In this document: one piece after another, positions 45,136 to 55,459 of the stretch
Layout: each line of letters starts with the position of its first letter
Numbering within the stretch: position 1 is the first letter of the stretch
DNA from: an uncultured Pseudomonadales bacterium
Lineage (GTDB): Bacteria > Patescibacteriota > Microgenomatia > UBA1400 > PJMF01
Assembly (NCBI GenBank): GCA_964404025.1
Contig: CAYOIJ010000005.1
Span: 1 to 63,228, forward strand
DNA: 63,228 nt
Direction: 5' to 3'
Program-made: the position numbers and the translations under genes
The notes under the pieces: generated by a model
Databases searched by the model: none
Told to the model about the DNA's origin: nothing
The model's input: the letters and a program-made list of their open reading frames with translations, nothing else

Positions 45136-46320
45136 TTAGTTTTGCTCAATTTCTTGCAGAATAGCGGCTTTGACTTGCTCATTAAAACCACTAAAGGCTT
45201 GATCATTGATAAAAATGATTGGATAGTAGCCAAAGGTCTCAGACACCCCATGACTCTGACCATATTGTTTCTGATAGCGACTCAATAAACTAACAAAATC
45301 CTCGTCAGTTACTAAATGCTCCTGAATGGGATAGTCGATACTGTCAATAAACTCTAAGAATTGCAAGCACATCTCTCCTTGACCATTATGAAAAACCTTG
45401 AGGGTGTTTTTCTGCAGTTCAGGAATAAGCTCAATTTCGTCCAGTGGTACAGCTGGCTTTGGTTCAACATATTTAACCTCATCATTAAAAGGAATTTCGG
45501 CATAAGGTTGGCTAATTACTTGCGTGTCAGCCACCCAGTCATCGAAACTCTGCCAAGCAACTTGCTTGGAATTAATAGCATCTTCATAAACATCCCACCA
45601 ACCAACTCGAGTACCACCAATATAAACATGAGAAACTAAAACCATATCTCGAGGTTGTTGATCGATACTTTCTTGCAAAACTTGAGCAAAATCTTCAGCA
45701 GTGGAACCACGCTGATATAAGCTTACATCACAAAGCGAACCCGAACCCATCTCCCCAAAGACCAAATTTGAAACTGATAAAATCCGCACTTGATACTCCT
45801 GGGGGGCATAAATCACCGCTTTAATATCGCTGCCTCGCCCAAGAATATAAGGAATACCCAAGGCATCAGCCGCCTTGAGCGTGTTCTCATCATAAGCGAA
45901 GTATTTGGAACTAAAAATCTTAATCGGCTGACCCAAAATAGTTTCAGCAGATTCTTTATACTCCTTCATAATCTCATATTGCTCTTCATAAGGCATATTC
46001 CAAAAAGGTGCTTCACCGTAACCGGTTGCCACCTCATAACCCTTACTAGCTAAATTACGAAAATATTCTGGATGTTCCTCTAAAACTGCACGTTTTGGTT
46101 TAACAATGGCTTTAAAATCTTTGGTGTCTAAAACCTCTTCCCATTTGTAATAACCAGTAATATCGCCGCTGTTTTCACTCAAAAGCAAGATGCCATTGAT
46201 ACTTGGCTGTTGATTGGGGCGCCAAAAAGTTAAAATGAGGGCGGCTATGATTAAAACTATTATGGAAAAGAAAATAGGAGCAAATGAAAATTTTTTTTGG
46301 GGGGCAGTTTTTTTGGGCAT
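45136..46320 (-). CDS. Membrane-anchored polysaccharide-deacetylase-like protein with C-terminal thioredoxin/glutaredoxin-like domain
   Basis: GYEVAT...EEQYEIM...LGIPY NodB-like segment; C-terminal VFHNG..EMC...YPIIFINDQAFSGF. Confidence 0.55.
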   Translation of the reverse strand: MPKKTAPQKKFSFAPIFFSIIVLIIAALILTFWRPNQQPSINGILLLSENSGDITGYYKWEEVLDTKDFKAIVKPKRAVLEEHPEYFRNLASKGYEVATGYGEAPFWNMPYEEQYEIMKEYKESAETILGQPIKIFSSKYFAYDENTLKAADALGIPYILGRGSDIKAVIYAPQEYQVRILSVSNLVFGEMGSGSLCDVSLYQRGSTAEDFAQVLQESIDQQPRDMVLVSHVYIGGTRVGWWDVYEDAINSKQVAWQSFDDWVADTQVISQPYAEIPFNDEVKYVEPKPAVPLDEIELIPELQKNTLKVFHNGQGEMCLQFLEFIDSIDYPIQEHLVTDEDFVSLLSRYQKQYGQSHGVSETFGYYPIIFINDQAFSGFNEQVKAAILQEIEQN

Positions 46321-46385
46321 GATATCTCTCAATTAATTACTATATATTCATAATATACTCGAGTTGTTTATTATGTCAAGTTAAT

Positions 46386-46607
46386 CTACTTGCCTTTTAA
46401 CATAGCTATTGCTTTTTTGGTAACATCAATTTTTCTTTGCCAAATTTCTGGACTAGCAAAATTATTTTGTTGCTTCTTTAAATTCTTCAATCTTGCTTTA
46501 GCATCCTTTAAACCCAAAACATATTTTTCTCCCAAACCTTCTTCGATCTGTACCTTATCATCTCCTATTTTGGAAACTCTTTCAAACAATTGTTCAGTGC
46601 CTGGCAT
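46386..46607 (-). CDS. Hypothetical protein
   Basis: 73-aa ORF downstream of 46654..47286. Confidence 0.5.
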   Translation of the reverse strand: MPGTEQLFERVSKIGDDKVQIEEGLGEKYVLGLKDAKARLKNLKKQQNNFASPEIWQRKIDVTKKAIAMLKGK

Positions 46608-46653
46608 AGCTTGCTTTCTGCTTTATAAATACTTGTTGAACAATTATAGCAAA

Positions 46654-47286
46654 TTAATTGCGTGCTGGATTGTATAAAGAGTCGTATGCAGGCGGACTAA
46701 AGGTTTTTTGGTATTTTGGGTTGGGATACCAAAGTCCCTCATCCAGGTCTGCTAAGCCATTAGGAAAATCCCTCAACAATGTTTTTTGGAAATCACTTAG
46801 CTTGAGCACCACTTTTTCTCGTTTAGCTATTTCAAGTAAGGCTAATAGCGCCTCTGCCTCACAAGCTAAGGCTCTGGTTTCAATTACTTCTTTATTGCGA
46901 CCATTAACTTGCCCACAAAAATAATCGCGGCACTGACTAATTGTTGAAGCTATTACACCGATTTGCTCTTCAGGTGAATAAGCAACCTTGCTTGTAAAGC
47001 TTTGTGGAATATACAGAGCTGGCGTTTCTACACCATTTTCAACATCAAGCATTAAAACCATATGATCGTATAGTTCTTCTTCAAAAAAGACTAAGGCAAT
47101 GTGTTCATCTTTTAGTAGACGAAACATAAAAGTACTTAATGAATTAATTGTCGAATTCGGAAAACGCTGATTGTCTTCTAAGTAAGCCAGGAAGTCATAA
47201 AAAAGATCTAAAACGGTTTTAGAATTTTTTTCATAATCTGGACTAACCCTCACTCTTTGGAACTCCTGTAAAGTTTCTTTAAGCAT
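46654..47286 (-). CDS. Hypothetical protein
   Basis: 210-aa ORF, no motif recognised. Confidence 0.6.
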   Translation of the reverse strand: MLKETLQEFQRVRVSPDYEKNSKTVLDLFYDFLAYLEDNQRFPNSTINSLSTFMFRLLKDEHIALVFFEEELYDHMVLMLDVENGVETPALYIPQSFTSKVAYSPEEQIGVIASTISQCRDYFCGQVNGRNKEVIETRALACEAEALLALLEIAKREKVVLKLSDFQKTLLRDFPNGLADLDEGLWYPNPKYQKTFSPPAYDSLYNPARN

Positions 47287-47289
47287 AAT

Positions 47290-47421
47290 TTAGTTTCTCC
47301 AAGTGCTAGTGTTATGCTTGCACTCTTTTTCTACATCAGCCTTGTGATTAGCCCCGCAAGATTTTGTAGGGACTTCGCGATCATGTTTTTCCACAATTTG
47401 CCTTACTGTTTCAATTTTCAT
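47290..47421 (-). CDS. 43-aa peptide (not in ORF track)
   Basis: MKIETVRQIVEKHDREVPTKSCGANHKADVEKECKHNTSTWRN; TG-a-TATATT 6 nt upstream; stop lies 3 nt before the next ATG. Confidence 0.45.
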   Translation of the reverse strand: MKIETVRQIVEKHDREVPTKSCGANHKADVEKECKHNTSTWRN

Positions 47422-47521
47422 GAAAGCAATATATCAAAAGAGCTCAGATTTGTAAAAAGCAAAGTAATTCTGAGAACCAGCAACTATATTTTAATCATTG
47501 CAATAATGATAATATTTTATT

Positions 47522-48676
47522 GTGAGAAAAATAGTCTTATACGTTGTTGCACTACTCACCACCACACTCTTTAGCTTGCTAATAATTGAGCTTGGTCTTC
47601 GTTTTTATGGACATCTAAAAGATATTGATTTTCGCATTTATCTCAAAGAAATAAAAAATTCTGATCGACTACCTCAAGAAATGTTTGACGAAGAAGAAGG
47701 TGGCTTTAGGGCTAATGCTAAGGTTTTGGCAGTTACTTCAGACTTCAGTGTTCAGTATTCATTTAATTCTAAAAAATTTAGAGACAAGGAATATTCTTAC
47801 AAAAAACCCCAAGATTACACTAGAATGGTCATGTTTGGTGATAGTTTTACCTTTGGGGAAGGCATCCCTTATGGCAAAAGGTTTAGCGATATTGCAGAAG
47901 AAAATATTGCCAAGCTAGAAATATTAAACTTCGGGGATCCTGGTATTAGCTTAGATGATATCGTCTACAGGGCGTTAAACGAAGGACTTTTGTTTGATCC
48001 TGATTATGTGGTGATTATTTTAAACAGATATGTAACTACCCGTGGACAAATTGATATCGAGATCCCTTATGAGGACTTCCTGCAAGAAAACCTAGAGATT
48101 AACAAGCAAAATAAAAACACCTCAGACACTGTTTATCTTAAGTACGATGACAAGTTTTTTGATTATAAACCCAATTTTATTCTCAAAAATTCTTATCTAG
48201 TCAGCTATTTGTACTATTACTTTTCAATGCTTAAATTAAGAGGAATTATGGAAGAGCATGATCAATCTTTCTGGGAAAGTGTTAATGGTTGGGATAAAGA
48301 TACGCGCAATCCGAGAAATATTAATCAAAGTGAAAGTAATGAAAAAATTCTCCTTAAAGAAAGAAATGTTTTGCTACTCAATAAACTTAATGAAATATGC
48401 CAAAAAATGGGAGTCAAGCTGGTGGCTATCAATATTGATTCCGAACCACTAACTTGCTTTTATGATGACAAACCCCCTTTCGAGTATTTTGACTTAAGTG
48501 AGAAAGTAAAAGAGGAAAGCAAAAAATACAATTTATCTTTCAAATACGACCATCACTACAATGAGAAAACAAATGAATTTCTAGGAAAAGAAATAACAAC
48601 CATCTTTAAGCTTCTTGTTTGCTCTCTACCTTCTGCTTCATGTGCTTCTCTGCATCTGAAACAAGGGTTTCCATAG
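47522..48676 (+). CDS. SGNH/GDSL-type membrane-anchored hydrolase/acyltransferase
   Basis: N-terminal TM, FGDSFTFG, NFGDPG, PDYV, YDHH. Confidence 0.8.
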   Translation: MRKIVLYVVALLTTTLFSLLIIELGLRFYGHLKDIDFRIYLKEIKNSDRLPQEMFDEEEGGFRANAKVLAVTSDFSVQYSFNSKKFRDKEYSYKKPQDYTRMVMFGDSFTFGEGIPYGKRFSDIAEENIAKLEILNFGDPGISLDDIVYRALNEGLLFDPDYVVIILNRYVTTRGQIDIEIPYEDFLQENLEINKQNKNTSDTVYLKYDDKFFDYKPNFILKNSYLVSYLYYYFSMLKLRGIMEEHDQSFWESVNGWDKDTRNPRNINQSESNEKILLKERNVLLLNKLNEICQKMGVKLVAINIDSEPLTCFYDDKPPFEYFDLSEKVKEESKKYNLSFKYDHHYNEKTNEFLGKEITTIFKLLVCSLPSASCASLHLKQGFP

Positions 48677-48803
48677 TAACATGCCTGGCATTATATCTTC
48701 CTACAATTTCTGTTGAACAGTAAAGCACAACAATATCGGTATCTGATTCATCTAAATGATAGCCTTCTGGAAGTTTTTGACTTGGTCTTTCTATTTCTGA
48801 CAT
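48606..48803 (-). CDS. Hypothetical protein
   Basis: SD AAAGGA; 65 aa; 3' overlap with the SGNH gene. Confidence 0.45.
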   Translation of the reverse strand: MSEIERPSQKLPEGYHLDESDTDIVVLYCSTEIVGRYNARHVTMETLVSDAEKHMKQKVESKQEA

Positions 48804-48887
48804 TATTTATCCTTTAAATAATAAATAAGACTTTTATTGTATCAGATTCTTAGCAAATTGAAAAAAATAATGTATCTTTTAACTTCA

Positions 48888-49511
48888 TTAGAATTTATTT
48901 TTTATAATTCCCTCTATCACAAAATCAAATTTACTCTTTGGCATTATTTCTTGAAAATAGTAATCCTCTACCCCATCCCATTTGGAGTGCCAGTCTTTCA
49001 TAAATTCTTCTCCCTCTCTTTCAACCAGCCTTTTTTTTCGTTCTTGATCCTCAAGTTCAACTAAAACAAAAATATCAATTAAATCCCAAAGCTTTTCTGC
49101 CGAATAGATGCCGTCAATAATAACTAGCGGAGCTTTTTGAAGAAAAACGCTCTCTTCTGATAAACCTCTTTCCTTCTTAAAATCAAAAGGATGATAGCTT
49201 GCATCTTTACCATGCAACAAGAGCTTTAAAACCTCAGTTCTCAATCTTTGATAGTCAATCACTTGATTAAATTTTTCTAGCACTGTCTTTTTATGCCAAT
49301 TTTTTTCATTGCCGTTTTCAGCACCAGCATAAAAATCATCACAGTTTACAATTGCTGCCTTGAATTCTTTTGCCAAAAGTGAAGATATTGTTGATTTTCC
49401 AACCCCACTTCTTCCATCAAGAGAAACAACTACTATTTTTTGCTTGACTAGTAGTTTTTCAATTTTTCTAATCAGGTCAGATAGTAAATGTTGTTTTTTC
49501 TTATTACGCAT
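48888..49511 (-). CDS. Uridine kinase-like P-loop kinase
   Basis: DGRSGVGKST, DDFY, IIDGIYS, RLVERE. Confidence 0.8.
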   Translation of the reverse strand: MRNKKKQHLLSDLIRKIEKLLVKQKIVVVSLDGRSGVGKSTISSLLAKEFKAAIVNCDDFYAGAENGNEKNWHKKTVLEKFNQVIDYQRLRTEVLKLLLHGKDASYHPFDFKKERGLSEESVFLQKAPLVIIDGIYSAEKLWDLIDIFVLVELEDQERKKRLVEREGEEFMKDWHSKWDGVEDYYFQEIMPKSKFDFVIEGIIKNKF

Positions 49512-49589
49512 ACATTATTAATACCAATCTATTCGTATTATAATAAATCAGTGAAAATTATTAAATATTTAAGAGAAAATATAAGAAAA

Positions 49590-51090
49590 ATGCTGGTTGA
49601 TTATTCTTCAAAAAAGAAAGCAAGAACTATTTTATTAGAACTTATTTTACTCATATTACTTTTAATTATATTAAAAAATAGACTAGTAAACCTTTATATA
49701 AACATCAGTTATCAATTTCAAAGAGAATATCGTGATGGAGCTATTATTGATATTGCCAACGAATTTAAAAATTTGCAAAATCCTTTTACTTTTGACCGAG
49801 GCTTACCTCATACTTATACTTACGGCCTTATACCCCCTCTTATAACTGGAATGGTGGGTCGCATAACAAACTTTAGCTTACAAGATATTCAACATGTTTC
49901 TTCATGCTTATTAATAATGTTAACATCGTTGATTATTGGCTTATTTTCTTGGAAAAACACTAAAAACTTAATAATAAGCATTAGCGCTTTGCTTATTCCA
50001 TTACTGTTTAACTCTGTAGGTCTGAGGCCAGAAGTCTATGCCATTTTTTTAACTGTTCTCAGCTTAAGCTTAGTACAAAACGATGATAAAAAATCTGCTC
50101 TGTGGGTTTCACTGGGTGTTTTGAGTATTTTACTTTATTATATTAAGCCTTATTTCGTCCTGCTGTGGGCTGTTTTTATTTTATCTATTCTTACTAAAAA
50201 AGCCCAAAAACATCATTGTCCCATTCATTGTATCTTCTATTAGCTTTGCTTTAACATCATTTTTTTTGATTAATTCTATTTTTCCGCTTTATTTTCCTCA
50301 TACCTTTATTAACCACTTAAATTTATATAGTAATCATAATTTTCATTATATGATTCGACAATTTTCTGATTTTTTTATAAATAATTGGTCAATTTCTTTG
50401 GCCTTCTTTTTTTATACTGCTTATTCATTGCTTTTTAATCCTAAAGCCTTAAAGAGTGTTTTCTTCATCTACATAATTTTTTCCTTGATCAGTCTAGTAT
50501 TTATAGCTCAACATACTGGTACATACCTCACTTACTACAATCAATTGTTAACAATACCCATAATATTATTCATTGCTTGGCAATATAAAAAACCAACAAA
50601 TAAAATATTGAATTTTATGCAATACTTTTTAATTATTGCGATTATTATTAACTATCGTTATTTTTTACAAAAAAATAGTATCGGAGTGAGGAGTAGTGAA
50701 AACTGGAATAAGGCGGTCGAGTACATACAAGCAAACAATCCAAAAACCTCCTATCTTTCACCACATTTTGTCAATCTTGCTATTGAATATGCGTGGCCAA
50801 TATATGATAACGGACAAACTGAATTTTTTATCTATAGTGAAATATCAACAAATAAAACAAAATTATTTAGATATGTTTTCCCTCAAGCTCTACTTGTTAG
50901 AGATCATTTTATCAATTGGCGGCAAGAGCTTAATGAAAAAATAGAAAATAAATATTTTTCAATCATTGTCTTGCCAAAAAACAATTATCCCTTAATAAAT
51001 GAGCGCATACTAAAAACTAATTACTATCTTGATTACACAATCGATCTACCGATTAATTTAGGAAATATATATTTCTGGAAAGCAACTTAG
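49590..51090 (+). pseudogene. Multi-TM GT-C-like glycosyltransferase, frameshifted at A6 tract (50196-50201)
   Basis: ORFs 49488..50243 and 50266..51090 join as ...ILTKKPKNIIVPFIVSSISFALTSFFLINSIF... if one A is removed; YRDG and RPE motifs with many TMs. Confidence 0.7.
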
Positions 51091-51109
51091 CATTTTTCAA
51101 CTTAGTCAA

Positions 51110-51427
51110 TATTTTTCACCTAAGTTTTCGTCTGGTATATCAGGTGTTCTAATAGTTCTTGGAAAAATTCAAAAATTGACGGCGAATTTAAGCTCTGAGG
51201 AAAACAATCTATGCGTAATAATAGCCACTAATCTGGTAGAAACAAAAGGCACAAAAACTCCCTTGCTATGGCAATATGTTTTACACAAAGATCTTCAACG
51301 AGCTGAAGAACTATTTCCTATTATCCAAAGTTTGACAACTTTGATGGCCGATCTGGTCGAAAAAAATATTGATATTGAAGAATACTCAATAATGATTAAT
51401 AATATTTTTAAAGAAAATCATAAGTAA
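51110..51427 (+). pseudogene. Probable 5'-truncated gene remnant
   Basis: Frame of the TTG-started ORF 51176 stays open back to the previous stop region with no ATG or SD. Confidence 0.35.
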
Positions 51428-51455
51428 TTTTAATACTTACTTTCTCTCAACAAAA

Positions 51456-51708
51456 TTACTTCATTTTCTCTAGGTATTTCTCAATATACTCTATTAACTC
51501 TTCTTTTAATAGAGCGGCTGAAGCGTTAATAGACTCACCTCTTTCAAGAATTCTTTTATCAAGTGATCCACTACCATTAGAACCCAAGTAGTTTTGTATC
51601 GCACATTGAGTTATGTCGTCTCCATTTGCACCCTTGAGTGAAAGCAATGTTCCCTCGATTTTTTCTGAATCACTGGTACTGGCAGCTATGATCTCATCAA
51701 AAGGAAGC
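51456..51708 (-). pseudogene. 5'-truncated remnant
   Basis: Frame extends LPFDEIIAASTSDSEKIEGTLLSLKG... back to an in-frame TAG with no ATG. Confidence 0.4.
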
Positions 51709-51877
51709 TAGATTGGCTAGAGATGAAGAAGTAGAAAGAATTCTAAATGAAGCGGGAGTAGCACTTCTTCGTATTGAAAATCGTGCTATTTTCGATAAAC
51801 ATGATCTACTAACAAGTATTAAAGAAAAACTAGGCAATCCGCCCATCTCTGAGTACTCAACGCTCAAAGGCAGTTGA
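51692..51877 (+). pseudogene. DUF2726-like C-terminal remnant
   Basis: SHQKEARLARDEEVERILNEAGVALLRI resembles the DUF2726 SH...R..RD...AG..LLR motif; preceded by in-frame TGA. Confidence 0.55.
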
Positions 51878-52027
51878 TGAATTAATTTATGAATTAAAAA
51901 AAACTGACCCTCTCCTTAAATAATTTAAAAAATATCAAAAAGATTTAAAGCATTTCTTAAATTTTTTTACACAACCCTCAAACATCTATTGCTTGCATCT
52001 TATATTTAAAATAGCTAGAATTAAAAT

Positions 52028-54511
52028 ATGCAAGAAACATCCGATGTTTCTCCCCAAATCGCTAATGAAGAATTAAATTCAAACGGTAGTGACAACAATC
52101 AACAAGCAGAACCAACAAGTCAAGAGACAAAACCTCAAAACAAAAAAAAGAAATTGCTTTTTATTCTCATTACTTTAATTCTTCTTGGTCTCTTAGTGTT
52201 TATTGTTTCATCTTTCTTTACTCCTCAAAATAAAGTTAATATCTTAACAAATAGTCGAGGGTATTCTTTTCCAAGCGATCAAGAATTACAAATTGCTATC
52301 GCTGAAACATTCGCCAATTACCCATTAGAAACTAGTTTTGTGGAGTTTCAAGTTCCGGCCTATGAAATTGGGCCAGCTAATTTAACTAACTTAGCCAACT
52401 TTGAAGAAAAAAATAAACAAGTCTTTAGTGAATCGCAAGTTGCTACTCTGACCAAGCAACATTTCTTTGTTCAAGAAAATTTAGATGTTTTTTATAGTTT
52501 AGATCCTAACGATTATGCTAGTAGACTTGATGATTGGTCAGCACTATATAGCAAAATTAGAGGTGGCTCTATTTATGATCGTGCACCAGAAAACTCAGTT
52601 TTTATTACTAGTGATTATTTATTACATATTTATTACAAATTACTATCCAAACAACTAGAATATTTGGAACAAACCCAACTTTATGCTGACTTACTAAGCC
52701 TAACTGACTATTTATATAGTAAATCTGTTGAAAATTACCAAAATAGTAATGATTCAGAAAATCAAGAGAGTTTTGCTCGATTAACAGCTTATTTTGCCAT
52801 ACCAAAAGCAATCTTGAATGCAGTTCGAGTAAATCATGAGTCAGAAATATTTATTGATGATCAGAGTGATAGTCGAGAGCAAATTGAAGCTCAATTATTA
52901 TTGCTCAGCGATCAATTAAGCCCAGAAATCTATCAATTAGCTTTAGAAGAATTAAATTTATTAATGAGCGCTGAATCAGCTCAAGCCTCTCCCCTATTTG
53001 GAGAGCTGATTAATCAAGCAAATCTTGAATACTTAACGGATTACTCACAATTCCAAGCTCGAAGTCACTATACTCGTAACGCTATTTTACGTTCTTATTT
53101 CCGGGCAATGACCTGGTATGGTCAAAACAATTTTTTGCTACAGAGTGAAGGTTTAACTAGAGATGCTATCAACATTTCACTGTTGTTTGCAAAGGCAGGA
53201 GATGAAGAAATGTATACTAAATGGGCTAATATGGGTCAAGTAATTGCCTTTTTAGTTGGCCCTCGTGATGATCTAAGCTTAGGTGAATACTTAACTAGTC
53301 TTAAAAATTTCAGCCAGAATCAACTGCAAGTTGATGAGCAATTAATTAAACAAGTACAAGATAGTTTAGCCACTGCTGATGGGCCTCAAATTATGTCAAC
53401 CCTAGTATTTGGCGATGAAGTTTTTAATTTAAAAAAGGAAGAGCTTCAAGCAAAAACAAAAGGTTTTCGCTTAATGGCTCCTCGTTTTACTCCAGACGCT
53501 TTTATTTTTACTAATCTTACCCAGGGTAACGAATTAGCAGATGAAAAAACTGGAGAAAAACTACCTAGCTACACAACACCTTTATTAGCCATGTCAATCT
53601 TCGGTAATAATTTAGCTAATGATTTAAGTAAAAAATGGATTGAGAGTAATGCCTCACAATCAAAAAATGTTCTAGCAGACCGACTTAATACACTCGATCA
53701 ATACTTTAGTGAAAAAAATGAAAAAGATTGGACGAATAACCTTTACTGGTCATGGCTTTATACTCTCAAAGCCTTATTTAAAGATTACAGTGCAGATAAT
53801 TATCCAATGTTTATGAAGAAACCAGCCTGGCAAAACAAAAACTTACAAACTGCCCTCGGCTCTTGGACTGAATTGAAACACGCTACCCTGCTTTATGCTA
53901 AACAATCTTATGCCGAAATGGGAGCTGGAGGTGATACTGAAGAAATTCCTCCCGTGCCTAAGGGTTATGTTGAGCCAGACATTGAATTTTTTGATCGTTT
54001 GCTAGCTCTTAGCAAGATGACTGTTAATGGCTTGAGTCAAAAGGGTTTAATGGATGATGTCTTTTTAGGTAGGCATGAGTCACTTATTGAAGCACTTGAG
54101 TTTTTTAGAGAAATTGCTATTAAACAGCTGGCTAATGAAATAATTAGCGATGATGATTTTGAAGAGCTAAGAACCACCGCTGATAGTTTTGTGTGGTCAG
54201 TACTCCACCCCTTACCTGGAGAAGAATACACTGAAGACCATGTCCGATCTGCCATTGTCGCTGATGTTCACACTGATGGGCTCCGCCAAAAAATCTTATA
54301 TGTAGCCAATGGCATTCCCAACTATATATATGTAGCGGTCAGTGACATTAACGGGACACGTTTGACCAAAGGTTTAACTTATTCATACTATGAATTTGAA
54401 AATGATCTAGGTAAAAGACTTACCGATCAAGATTGGCGCCAACTCAATTACACTCAAGACAAGTCTCAGCTGCCAAATATGCCTGATTGGAACTCTAGCC
54501 TAATTAAGTAG
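52028..54511 (+). CDS. DUF3160-family membrane-anchored protein
   Basis: FITSDYLLH, DYSQF.ARSHYT, YFRAMTWYG, LQTALGSWTELKHATLLYAKQ, GYVEP, ADVHTD, SYYEF. Confidence 0.85.
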   Translation: MQETSDVSPQIANEELNSNGSDNNQQAEPTSQETKPQNKKKKLLFILITLILLGLLVFIVSSFFTPQNKVNILTNSRGYSFPSDQELQIAIAETFANYPLETSFVEFQVPAYEIGPANLTNLANFEEKNKQVFSESQVATLTKQHFFVQENLDVFYSLDPNDYASRLDDWSALYSKIRGGSIYDRAPENSVFITSDYLLHIYYKLLSKQLEYLEQTQLYADLLSLTDYLYSKSVENYQNSNDSENQESFARLTAYFAIPKAILNAVRVNHESEIFIDDQSDSREQIEAQLLLLSDQLSPEIYQLALEELNLLMSAESAQASPLFGELINQANLEYLTDYSQFQARSHYTRNAILRSYFRAMTWYGQNNFLLQSEGLTRDAINISLLFAKAGDEEMYTKWANMGQVIAFLVGPRDDLSLGEYLTSLKNFSQNQLQVDEQLIKQVQDSLATADGPQIMSTLVFGDEVFNLKKEELQAKTKGFRLMAPRFTPDAFIFTNLTQGNELADEKTGEKLPSYTTPLLAMSIFGNNLANDLSKKWIESNASQSKNVLADRLNTLDQYFSEKNEKDWTNNLYWSWLYTLKALFKDYSADNYPMFMKKPAWQNKNLQTALGSWTELKHATLLYAKQSYAEMGAGGDTEEIPPVPKGYVEPDIEFFDRLLALSKMTVNGLSQKGLMDDVFLGRHESLIEALEFFREIAIKQLANEIISDDDFEELRTTADSFVWSVLHPLPGEEYTEDHVRSAIVADVHTDGLRQKILYVANGIPNYIYVAVSDINGTRLTKGLTYSYYEFENDLGKRLTDQDWRQLNYTQDKSQLPNMPDWNSSLIK

Positions 54512-54524
54512 ACTTGCTTGAAAA

Positions 54525-55424
54525 ATGAAAAAAATATTTTGGATTATTGCTCTTTTGTTACTTGGACTTGCTGGAGCTTTGGGTTTTCTTAGTTTAAAAT
54601 CCAGATTTTTTATTAAAAACGAGCCAATAATCGAATCTTTAAATCAAAAAACGGAAGTTTTCCTCACTAGTCCCTATAAACAATTAAGTTTATACGAGAA
54701 AGCATTTGCTTCCGTGGAAAAAAAAGAAAAAAAGCTGGTTTCTGCTGGCATCACTTCTCATCATTTTTTAGCTAAAAATTTCATTGCTGATTTCTTTCAA
54801 GGAATTGACAAGAATAACATTGAGCGAGTCATTCTAATTAGTCCTGATCATTTTAATTACAGCATTAACGATCAAACTCTGGCCCACTCTAGCCTACTTA
54901 ACTGGCAAACAGCATTTTCAATTTTGAACAGCGATCAAGATTTAATTGAGAAATTATACGAACAATCTTTAATTACTCTAAAAGATACAGGTTTTCGCAA
55001 TGAACATGGTATCTATACTCTTGTACCTTTTATTAAATATTCTTTTCCCCAGGCAAGCATCCTACCTCTGATCTTAAATCCAAAAAAAACTGATTTAGAA
55101 TTTTTCAGTTTTGGTCAAACTCTTAAACAAGAGCTTGACTCCTCAAGCACTCTATTAATTGTTAGTAGTGACTTTTCTCACGGCCTGAGTTTGGAAAAAA
55201 CTCAGCAAGCAGACCTACAAAGTATTGAAACACTAGAAAAACTTAGTTTAGAAAATTTAAGAAAAGTTAATTGTGATTGTCCTGCCTGCCTAGCTTTTTT
55301 ACTAGGTTATCTGGATGGTGGGGATTATCAGCTTGAGTTAATTGATAATAAAAATTCGGCTGATTTTAGTGAAAAAAATCAAGAAACTGTAACCAGCTAC
55401 GTAAACGCTTATTTTTTACCTTAG
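54525..55424 (+). CDS. MEMO1/AmmeMemo protein B-like, N-terminally anchored
   Basis: GITSHH, ISPDH, EHGI, SSDFSH, CDC. Confidence 0.85.
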   Translation: MKKIFWIIALLLLGLAGALGFLSLKSRFFIKNEPIIESLNQKTEVFLTSPYKQLSLYEKAFASVEKKEKKLVSAGITSHHFLAKNFIADFFQGIDKNNIERVILISPDHFNYSINDQTLAHSSLLNWQTAFSILNSDQDLIEKLYEQSLITLKDTGFRNEHGIYTLVPFIKYSFPQASILPLILNPKKTDLEFFSFGQTLKQELDSSSTLLIVSSDFSHGLSLEKTQQADLQSIETLEKLSLENLRKVNCDCPACLAFLLGYLDGGDYQLELIDNKNSADFSEKNQETVTSYVNAYFLP

Positions 55425-55448
55425 CTTCTATTTATTAGCTTCTATTTA
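55421..55448. repeat. Perfect 14-bp tandem duplication
   Basis: TTAGCTTCTATTTA x2, including the MEMO gene stop codon. Confidence 0.85.
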
Positions 55449-55459
55449 CTAAATAGTTT

